Below are positions 8,876-16,937 of a DNA stretch of 28,534 nt, piece by piece. The notes below the pieces were generated by a model. It saw only the letters and a list, made by a program, of their open reading frames with translations, was not told the origin of the DNA and searched no databases. The translations under genes and the position numbers were made by a program. The DNA is from an uncultured Ignavibacteria bacterium. GTDB lineage: Bacteria; Zixibacteria; MSB-5A5; UBA10806. The stretch lies in NCBI GenBank assembly GCA_964503405.1, contig CAZDAH010000006.1:14223-42756 (forward strand), written 5' to 3'. How positions within the stretch are numbered: the first letter of the stretch is position 1; each line of letters starts with the position of its first letter.

Positions 8876-10833
8876 ATTCCCACTTCCCTCAGAATCAAAT
8901 TCATCAGCCCGCCGACAAGAATCGCGAAAGGTAAGATGAAAGCGATCATGGTAAACGCGGTTTTGTAGCCGCGCTCCTTGATTATTATGAAGAAATTGGC
9001 TATGCACGGCACAAACAGCGTAATCGTTATCATGGCTACGATAGCCCCGATCTGATCCAGCAGGCCCTCATCGAACAGCATCTTGAAGCCGGCCGCCCCG
9101 TAGTCGCGCCTGAGAAATCCGAGAATAAACGCCTCTGACGCCCTTGCGGGAAGGCCGAGAATACCGGTAACCACGGGTGAGAATACCCTCTGCAGCGTTA
9201 CCAGCAGATTCAATTTGTCGAGCGCGAATAGTATTAAAGTTCCCAGGACGAACAGGGGAACCGCCTCCCGCAAATACCATTCGAGCCTCATCAAAGTCTT
9301 CACAATCACGTTCTTTAATCTGGGCAGACGCAAAGGCGGAATTTCCAGTATGAAATCCGACGATCGTCCGGGGATAACTTTCGAAGACAGGTAGCCGACG
9401 AGAAACAACACTGCCAGCACGACAAAGAGCCAGACAGCCACCGCCCAGAGCGAAATAGATCCCAATATGCCCAGGGTCACCCCGAGCTGGGCCGAGCACG
9501 GTATGGCCAGAGTAAGCAGGAAAGTGACCATGAGTTTTTCCTTTTTGGTGCTCAGAATTCTCGCGGTGAGCACGGCCATGGTATCGCATCCCAGTCCCAG
9601 CACCATGGGCAGTACCGCGCGGCCGTTCAATCCGATTTTCTTGAATACTCTGTCGACCATTAAGGCAAGGCGGGGCAGATACCCCGAATCCTCAAGCACC
9701 CCGAAGGCCAGGAAAAAGGTCGAAACTATGGGCAAAATGAGGGCCAGGGCATAAGTGATGGCCATGGTGATTACGCCGTATTCTCCCACGAACAGATCGC
9801 GAACGAAATCCGACGGAATCCCGGCGAAAATACTCTCGAAAAACGGATTTATGAAATTGCCGAATAATTTGTTTTCTATCAACCCGACCAGGATTTGAGC
9901 GCCGAACACACCGACGAAATAATAGACTCCCAGAAGGACGAGCAGCAGAGCCGGGATGCCGTACAGCGGATGATGCGACAGTTGGCCGACCTGGCGCAGC
10001 AGCCGTCGCCCGGCCGATCCCCTTACAGAAACATGAGCGTCGACAATTTTCCTGACGTGATCGTTTCTGAGCTTGACTATATAGAAGCCGAGAGGCTCGG
10101 CCACTTTTGACAATATCGATGTCTTGATGCGTTCGATTTCATCCAACGACATTCTCGAAAGCGAGTCGATGAATCCCGACGGCAGGCCGTTGTTGTTGAT
10201 TAGATGGCTGATGGAGATGCCGCGAGAAGCGCCCTCCTGATCCCCGATGCTCGCCTGAATTCTGCCAATAGACTCCTCGATCGATTCTCCGAAATTGATC
10301 CGGATCGCCGGCACGGCCGCGCGGGAAATAGTTTGTTTCAAATCATCCACGCCGCGGCGTTCGATGGCCACGGTGGGAATTACCGGTATTCCCAGAACGC
10401 GGGAGAGCCCGTCGTAGTCAATGCTGAAACCCGCGCCGGCCGCCTCGTCGGACATATTCAGGGCGAGCACGACTTTGCGGCCATATTCCGCAAGCTGCGA
10501 GAGAAGGACAAGACCCCTCTGGAGATTTCGGGAATCGACCACGCATATAACCGGTGAATCCGGATAGCGCAGTATCAGATCTCTTGTGACGATTTCATCT
10601 TCGGAAACGGGCGTGAGCGAATCGGCGCCCGGGGAATCGAATAGTGGACGGCTGCCTTCGGCGGTTTTGATTACGCCGCAGACAAAATCGACGGTGGTGC
10701 CGGGGTAATTGGAGACTTCGACGTATCGCCCGGATAGTGCCCCGAAGAGCGCGGATTTCCCCACGTTGGGGTTTCCCACCAGCAATACGGGGGATTCATC
10801 GCGCGCTTTTAAAACGTTTCCGGGCATTTCCAT
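8866..10833 (-). CDS. feoB: Ferrous iron transport protein B
   Basis: G1 GNPNVGKS, G2 NYPGTTVD, G3 DSPG, G4 NMSD; membrane motifs LEDSGYLPR, LGLGCD, IPCSAQL, LFVPCIA. Confidence 0.97.
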   Translation of the reverse strand: MEMPGNVLKARDESPVLLVGNPNVGKSALFGALSGRYVEVSNYPGTTVDFVCGVIKTAEGSRPLFDSPGADSLTPVSEDEIVTRDLILRYPDSPVICVVDSRNLQRGLVLLSQLAEYGRKVVLALNMSDEAAGAGFSIDYDGLSRVLGIPVIPTVAIERRGVDDLKQTISRAAVPAIRINFGESIEESIGRIQASIGDQEGASRGISISHLINNNGLPSGFIDSLSRMSLDEIERIKTSILSKVAEPLGFYIVKLRNDHVRKIVDAHVSVRGSAGRRLLRQVGQLSHHPLYGIPALLLVLLGVYYFVGVFGAQILVGLIENKLFGNFINPFFESIFAGIPSDFVRDLFVGEYGVITMAITYALALILPIVSTFFLAFGVLEDSGYLPRLALMVDRVFKKIGLNGRAVLPMVLGLGCDTMAVLTARILSTKKEKLMVTFLLTLAIPCSAQLGVTLGILGSISLWAVAVWLFVVLAVLFLVGYLSSKVIPGRSSDFILEIPPLRLPRLKNVIVKTLMRLEWYLREAVPLFVLGTLILFALDKLNLLVTLQRVFSPVVTGILGLPARASEAFILGFLRRDYGAAGFKMLFDEGLLDQIGAIVAMITITLFVPCIANFFIIIKERGYKTAFTMIAFILPFAILVGGLMNLILREVGIWW

Positions 10834-10855
10834 CTATCTCTAAGCCCGTCGTGAT

Positions 10856-10874
10856 GATTTTGAATTTCATTGTC
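10856..10874. promoter_or_regulatory. Fur-box-like operator upstream of feoB
   Basis: Minus-strand GACAATGAAATTCAAAATC matches 14/19 of the classical GATAATGATAATCATTATC; lies 22 nt upstream of the feoB ATG. Confidence 0.7.
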
Positions 10875-10893
10875 ATTTCGACGGGAAATTTTT

Positions 10894-11319
10894 TTAGCCG
10901 CATTTTTGGCAGAGTCCGTAAACCTCGAACCTGTGGCCTTCCGCCTTGAACCCGTAATTCGCGCTGATCTGCTTCAGCGATTTTTGAAAAGCGTCGGTGG
11001 AAAATTCCTCTGTTTTGCCGCAACTGGTGCAGACCAGATGACCGTGCTGGCTTTTGTCGATCGCTCTTTCGAAACGGGCGCGGCCGTCGCCGAAATTGAC
11101 CTCTCTGGCGATTCCGCACTCTGTGAAAAGGCGCAAGGTCCGATATACGGTGGAGAAACCGACCCGGGGATTTTTTCTGCGGATCATATCATGAAGCTCG
11201 TCAGCGGCGATATGCCTGGATGAGGAAAGAAACAGATCGAGTATGAGATTCCGCTGCTCCGTTTGTTTGAGCCCTCTCTGCCTGAGGTAGGCCGTGAGAA
11301 TTTCCTGTTCTTTTCTCAT
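10894..11319 (-). CDS. fur: Fur-family transcriptional regulator
   Basis: LKQTEQR, GFSTVYRTL, ARFE, HGHLVCTSCG, VYGLCQKC (two CxxC). Confidence 0.93.
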   Translation of the reverse strand: MRKEQEILTAYLRQRGLKQTEQRNLILDLFLSSSRHIAADELHDMIRRKNPRVGFSTVYRTLRLFTECGIAREVNFGDGRARFERAIDKSQHGHLVCTSCGKTEEFSTDAFQKSLKQISANYGFKAEGHRFEVYGLCQKCG

Positions 11320-11361
11320 TTTTTCTCTCGTCCTAAACCCCTGTCTCTCTTATCGGTTAGT

Positions 11362-11380
11362 GAAACTGAGATTCAAAATC
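11362..11380. promoter_or_regulatory. Fur-box-like operator, downstream of the fur promoter -10
   Basis: GAAACTGAGATTCAAAATC: 13/19 to consensus and 16/19 identical to the feoB-proximal site. Confidence 0.65.
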
Positions 11381-11381
11381 A

Positions 11382-11431
11382 AAGGTAATGAAACTCGTTA
11401 TTTCTGTCAATCTTTTTTTTGTGTTTTTTTT
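11382..11431 (-). promoter_or_regulatory. Sigma70-type promoter of the fur-feoB operon with upstream A-tracts
   Basis: TTGACA (11410-11405), 17 nt, TACCTT (11387-11382). Two 8-nt A-tracts 11 bp apart (11413-11420, 11424-11431) look like an UP element. Confidence 0.65.
11384..11402. promoter_or_regulatory. Fur-box-like operator overlapping the fur promoter spacer and -10
   Basis: GGTAATGAAACTCGTTATT: 14/19 to consensus. Confidence 0.65.
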
Positions 11432-11479
11432 CACAATCGTTTTGATTTGCCTCAGCGGATTTGCCTATTTGGGCGGATA

Positions 11480-12961
<1,482 letters not shown>

Positions 12962-12966
12962 TCAAC

Positions 12967-13683
12967 TCAATTTACGCTTTCTTCCGTCCAGATGAGGATT
13001 CGCCCGCAGCTTTCGCAGGAGAATATCCGATCGCCCCGTCTGATTTCCTGAATTCGTTGCGGCGGGATCTGCTTGAAACATCCTCCGCAGGCTTTCTTGC
13101 GGATAGGCACGACGACCAGTCCGCCTTTTCCTTTTCTGACTCTCTCGTAGACTCCGATGATTTGCCTGTTGATATCCTTGATGATGCTCTTTCTTATCTC
13201 CATCTTTTCGTCGATTTTGGCCTGCAGGGTCGATTCCTCGGCCCGCAGCGCTTTCAGCTGGCCGGAATTGCTGGTTTTGGAATTTTCCAGGTTTTTTGTC
13301 AGTTCGCCGATATTCTCTTTTAATTCGTCGAGCCGGGACATCAGGGTCAGGATCCTTTCCTCTTTATCGGCGATCTCCCTTTTCTTGGAGTCGATCTCAG
13401 CGATGAGGGCGTCGTATTCTTTATTGGTTTTTATGATCTTCATCTGAGACTGGAATCTCTCCAACTCCTGCCTATTGGCCTCGATATCCAGTTCCAGAGA
13501 CTTCTGTTCGAGTTCCGACTCCAATTTGGCCGTTTCGTTTTCGGCGATAGATGTTTCCAGATCAGATACTTCTTTTTCCAGATTACGAATCATGTCCGGC
13601 AGATAAATTCGGGACCTTTCCAATTCCCCGAGATGATCATCGATTTCCTGCAGATTCAAAAGCAACGTTAGATCCTTTTCCAA
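12967..13683 (-). CDS. Coiled-coil protein with C4-type zinc ribbon (DUF164 / CT398-HP0958-like)
   Basis: Long heptad region, then CGGCF...CESCGRIL; NKEYDAL and YERVR motifs. TTG start with GGAGG at 13693-13689. Confidence 0.9.
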   Translation of the reverse strand: MEKDLTLLLNLQEIDDHLGELERSRIYLPDMIRNLEKEVSDLETSIAENETAKLESELEQKSLELDIEANRQELERFQSQMKIIKTNKEYDALIAEIDSKKREIADKEERILTLMSRLDELKENIGELTKNLENSKTSNSGQLKALRAEESTLQAKIDEKMEIRKSIIKDINRQIIGVYERVRKGKGGLVVVPIRKKACGGCFKQIPPQRIQEIRRGDRIFSCESCGRILIWTEESVN

Positions 13684-13704
13684 GTCATCCTCCAGCTACG
13701 CTAT

Positions 13705-13728
13705 AAAAAAAGCGCCTGTAATCGGCGC
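13705..13728 (-). terminator. Intrinsic terminator
   Basis: Minus-strand GCGCC-GAUUACA-GGCGC followed by U7. Confidence 0.75.
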
Positions 13729-13846
13729 ACTTTATTTTTCCGGATGGAATCGTGTTTTGAGCGGTTGTCCGTCGCGAACAGAGGGATTCAATCAATTTCA
13801 ATCTCTCCCAACAGTATTTCACACGAAACCCGATCATATTTTCAAA

Positions 13847-13923
13847 TGGTGGGCAATACTGGACTCGAACCAGTGACCTTTCGGATGTGAACCGAACGCT
13901 CTAACCAACTGAGCTAATCGCCC
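13847..13923 (-). tRNA. tRNA-Val(CAC)
   Basis: GGGCGATTAGCTCAGTTGGTTAGAGCG-TTCGG-TT-CAC-AT-CCGAA...GGTTCGAGTCC...GCCCACCA; 77 nt with encoded CCA. Confidence 0.96.
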
Positions 13924-13928
13924 TATCC

Positions 13929-14005
13929 TGGTGGGCCCACCAGGATTCGAACCTGGGACCCACTGATTATGAGTCAGTTGCTCTAACCAGCTGAGCTATG
14001 GGCCC
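13929..14005 (-). tRNA. tRNA with CAU anticodon, most likely tRNA-Ile2 (lysidine type)
   Basis: GGGCCCATAGCTCAG...ACTGA-CT-CAT-AA-TCAGT...GGTTCGAATCC...GGGCCCACCA. The paired 1:72 position excludes initiator tRNA; C4:G69 and C5:G68 are the TilS determinants of Ile2. Confidence 0.9.
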
Positions 14006-14022
14006 AACCGTCTTAGCAAAAT

Positions 14023-14051
14023 AAAATAGAGGCACGGAATTTGTATGTCAA
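14023..14051 (-). promoter_or_regulatory. Sigma70-type promoter of the tRNA pair
   Basis: TTGACA (14051-14046), 17 nt, TATTTT (14028-14023), 17 nt upstream of the first tRNA. Confidence 0.7.
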
Positions 14052-14129
14052 GCTTTTTCAACCATCGTAACGGGCGAAACTGGATGTTTTCCGCAGATCG
14101 AGGGCGAAGCGCCGGATATTCCGGCAGAT

Positions 14130-14681
14130 TCAATTCTGAAGGGCCAGCAGCTTGCGCTTCAGCAGGGTACGGCCGCGGGAGAGACGGGAACGGACTGTAC
14201 CCATCGGGCATCCGAGTTTGGTGGATATGTCCTGGTAGGGCAGACCGCGAAGGTCGGCGAGAATGACCATGCTTCGATAATCTCCGGGAAGGGAATTTAT
14301 CGCTTTTTTGACATGATCGGAGACATAATATTCAAGCAGCTTCTCATCGTCCACCTCGTGCATATCCTGAGCGCCGCCGGATTTGCCCTCGTCGGCGCAA
14401 AGCTCGTGATTGAGCTCCTGGTGTACAGGCAGCTTTTTGATCTTGTGATAGTGATTTATGTAGGTGTTTATCATGATTCTTATCAGCCAGGCAAGGCAAT
14501 TTGTTCCTCGTTGGAATAAGTCGAAATTATTGTAGGCTCTCAGGTAAGTTTCCTGAACGAGATCCTCTGAAAAAACGGGGTCTCGAGTCATTCCCCTGGC
14601 CAGCCCGGCGAGATACTCGATGTGAATTACCGCGAGCGTCTCGAATTCGGTTTTGAGTCTTACTTTAGAGAACCTGACCAT
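14130..14681 (-). CDS. ECF (group 4) RNA polymerase sigma-70 factor
   Basis: Region 2 SEDLVQETYLRAY...AWLIRIMINTYIN; region 4 AINSLP..YR..VIL....GL.YQDI...LGCPMGTVRSRLSRGR; 183 aa. Confidence 0.95.
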   Translation of the reverse strand: MVRFSKVRLKTEFETLAVIHIEYLAGLARGMTRDPVFSEDLVQETYLRAYNNFDLFQRGTNCLAWLIRIMINTYINHYHKIKKLPVHQELNHELCADEGKSGGAQDMHEVDDEKLLEYYVSDHVKKAINSLPGDYRSMVILADLRGLPYQDISTKLGCPMGTVRSRLSRGRTLLKRKLLALQN

Positions 14682-14971
14682 TGCTCTTAACCCCCTGTAA
14701 AAAATTCGTTGTCAATTCCGCGACAGCAATGTGCGCCGAAGCTGCGTTCCGGAGCACTTGTCTCCCGGTTCGGCCCCTCCGAATTATCTTGGCCCCACCC
14801 CCTGCCTTGTCGGGCGGGGGGAGGGCCAGCCCAAAGTAACTGAGGGGAGAGAAGCGAGCTACTGCCATTCATATAGGCAAGTTACATGCCAACTTTTTCG
14901 ATATTGCAACTCATTGTGGTTCAATAAGTTATATTGTGACCCGAAACGATAATCCTCGCGAAGTGTGGGAA

Positions 14972-14980
14972 ATTATAACA
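14972..14980 (-). promoter_or_regulatory. Extended -10 sigma70-type element upstream of the ECF sigma gene
   Basis: TG-T-TATAAT on the minus strand; no recognisable -35. Confidence 0.45.
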
Positions 14981-14981
14981 C

Positions 14982-15009
14982 TTAACGATGCTCTCATTAT
15001 CTTGTTTAA
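14982..15009 (-). promoter_or_regulatory. Candidate ECF-type promoter upstream of the sigma gene
   Basis: TTAAAC-N16-CGTTAA. Confidence 0.4.
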
Positions 15010-15063
15010 ACGTAGTATCTTACGGAAGCAGGAAAAGCGGGGAAAAGCAACAGTTGAGGCTAA

Positions 15064-16839
15064 TCATAACGCTTTGATGACAATCATTGTCAAATCATCC
15101 ATTTCGCGCTCTTGGTGATGAAACGACGTGGTTTTCTTTTCGATATAATCGATAATTTCCCTGGCCGAGAGGCGGGATGACTCGTCGAGGGCTTGTCTGA
15201 GTCGTTCGACTCCAAATTCCTTCCCTTCTTCGTTGAAGACCTCGGTGACGCCGTCGGTATAGAACAGCATCACATCCCCCGGGTGCAGCGTAATCGATTT
15301 TTCCTGATAATGGGAATCGAGAAAGACCCCAAGAGCTACGCCCCCTTCCTTAAGATAGTCTGTATGACCGGAGGCGCGTCGGATAATGGGCTGGTTATGG
15401 CCGGCGTTGGAGTAAGTGAACACTCTTTTCGACGAATCGAGCACGCCGTAGACAGCGGTGACGAACCTGTCCCGCTCGATAGATTCATACAGGAGATTGT
15501 TGACCTTGGATAGAATCGTGCGTATGGCGAAATTGTTTCTGATTTCCGCTTTCAAACTGGCTCTGAATGCCGCCATGATCAGGGCCGCAGGAATTCCCTT
15601 TCCGGAAACGTCGCCGATGGCGATTCCGTATTGATTTTCCACGATCGGGATAAAATCGTAGTAATCGCCTCCCACGGCGGCCGAGGGAATATTGATCCCG
15701 GCAATGTCGATGCCGGCGATGACGGGGTTGCCGGCCGGCAGGAACGTCATTTGAATCCGCCTGGCGATGCTGAGCTCGTGTTCGAAACGTCGGGCGGCTA
15801 TACTCTCCTCGTGCATGCGGGCGCGTTCTATGGAGACGGCGGCCAGGCTGGCGAAACCGCTCATTAAATCCAGATGGTGATTATTATAGGCGTTGGGACT
15901 ATCGCTCTCGACGTTGAATACGCCTATGAGCGTTTCATTCATTTTGATGGGCACGGCCATCTCGGATTTAGTTTGAGAGCGAATTGGAATATAGTCGGTA
16001 TTTGAGGAAACATCGGCTACGATAATCGCTTTGCCCGTCTCGGCTACCCGTCCGCATATCCCCTGTCCTATTTTCAGATGCAGGATGTTCCGATCGCTTT
16101 CCGGAACTCCCCTGGTGGAAACCTGGGCGATGGAATGGCTCCTGGGATCGACCAGGTAGATTATGCCGATTTCGTATTCAACAACCTGCTTTAAGTTATC
16201 CAGAATTTTATCCAGAAGCTCGTCCAACTCGAGGGAGCTGGAAAGAGCCATGCCGGCGTCCTTTAATGATCTCATTTCATTAAGGGCCCTGACAGCTTCT
16301 TCGAGAATCCAGGCGTTGCGCAAAGTGAGGGCTATGCGTTCGGCGACAATCGTCAGCAGATCGAGATCCGGACTGTCGAACTCGGGGAGTTCGCTGTCGC
16401 TGACCGCTTGCACGATTCCCAGAAACTCTCCCCCGGCGTGGAGCGGCGCGCTCAGAATCTCCCGGGGAGACAGCCCCGTGGCTAATTTCAGGGCCGAAGC
16501 GTATTCACTGCCTTGATCTACCCGTTGCACACTGACCGTCTGCCCTCCACGAGATTCCCAACCAGCCACGCTATTTTCGTCGATGGGCGGAAGAGTTCTG
16601 ATATCCTCGGGAGAGCTTGCCGCGGCCGTATAGATATTCAGCGAGAAATCGTGCATATCGACAAGCACCAGGCAGGCGCCGGCGCCGTGGAATCGCCGGA
16701 TCATAATTCCCAGGGCGTTTCTAATGACAGTACGCAGTTCGAGATCTGAGTTGAGCACCCTGAACGATTCGATCAGGATCTTCTCTTTTTCAGTGAACCC
16801 GTTTTCTTCTTTTCTCATGCCGTCCCGATTCAATTTCAT
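15064..16839 (-). CDS. GAF-GAF-PP2C (SpoIIE/RsbU-like) protein phosphatase
   Basis: Two GAF repeats (LSAPL...GIVQAV; EMAVPIK...IGVFNVES), RRIQMTFLP, GGDYYD, IGDVSGKG, YTDGVTE, DDLT. Confidence 0.93.
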   Translation of the reverse strand: MKLNRDGMRKEENGFTEKEKILIESFRVLNSDLELRTVIRNALGIMIRRFHGAGACLVLVDMHDFSLNIYTAAASSPEDIRTLPPIDENSVAGWESRGGQTVSVQRVDQGSEYASALKLATGLSPREILSAPLHAGGEFLGIVQAVSDSELPEFDSPDLDLLTIVAERIALTLRNAWILEEAVRALNEMRSLKDAGMALSSSLELDELLDKILDNLKQVVEYEIGIIYLVDPRSHSIAQVSTRGVPESDRNILHLKIGQGICGRVAETGKAIIVADVSSNTDYIPIRSQTKSEMAVPIKMNETLIGVFNVESDSPNAYNNHHLDLMSGFASLAAVSIERARMHEESIAARRFEHELSIARRIQMTFLPAGNPVIAGIDIAGINIPSAAVGGDYYDFIPIVENQYGIAIGDVSGKGIPAALIMAAFRASLKAEIRNNFAIRTILSKVNNLLYESIERDRFVTAVYGVLDSSKRVFTYSNAGHNQPIIRRASGHTDYLKEGGVALGVFLDSHYQEKSITLHPGDVMLFYTDGVTEVFNEEGKEFGVERLRQALDESSRLSAREIIDYIEKKTTSFHHQEREMDDLTMIVIKAL

Positions 16840-16885
16840 CCGACCAACATCAATACTGACCGCCTGGCTGACTTGACAGACCGCG

Positions 16886-16914
16886 AATATAGGCGCCGTC
16901 TCGGGCTATGTCAA
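16886..16914 (-). promoter_or_regulatory. Near-consensus sigma70 promoter of the phosphatase gene
   Basis: TTGACA (16914-16909), 17 nt, TATATT (16891-16886). Confidence 0.7.
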
Positions 16915-16937
16915 CGCTTTCATATCGGCAAGAAGAT

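Noticed and set aside
8678-9007. Possible -1 frameshift fusing FeoB to the Cys-rich ORF, whose frame is open 132 nt upstream of its ATG
   Set aside because: No X-XXY-YYZ slippery heptamer was seen at the junction. An ATG overlapping the feoB end explains the arrangement more simply.
10796-11119. Track ORF of 107 aa spanning the fur end and feoB start
   Set aside because: Out-of-frame overlap with fur and feoB; it crosses the operator and has no domain features.
13740-13846. Assignment of the structured segment to a known RNA class (purine, ZTP, PRPP/ppGpp, c-di-GMP-II, SAH, 6S, SRP)
   Set aside because: Only short partial resemblances were seen (e.g. CAACCG near the 3' side); the class-defining cores are missing. 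Left unnamed pending a covariance-model search.
13929-14005. Calling the CAU tRNA methionine
   Set aside because: The paired 1:72 position excludes fMet, and C4:G69/C5:G68 fit Ile2 better than elongator Met; not fully excluded without isotype models.
14130-14681. Phosphorylation-activated ECF (variant DAED motif, here FSED)
   Set aside because: The acidic ED pair is retained and no Ser/Thr kinase is in the window, so the pattern does not fit kinase-activated ECFs well.
14710-14715. Perfect TTGACA close to the sigma start codon
   Set aside because: No acceptable -10 at 16-19 nt spacing.
14687-14872. 61 aa upstream ORF ending 5 nt before the sigma start (possible leader peptide or anti-sigma)
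   Set aside because: No RBS, a low-complexity Gly/Pro segment derived from the GC hairpin, and no HxxxCxxC or TM segment.
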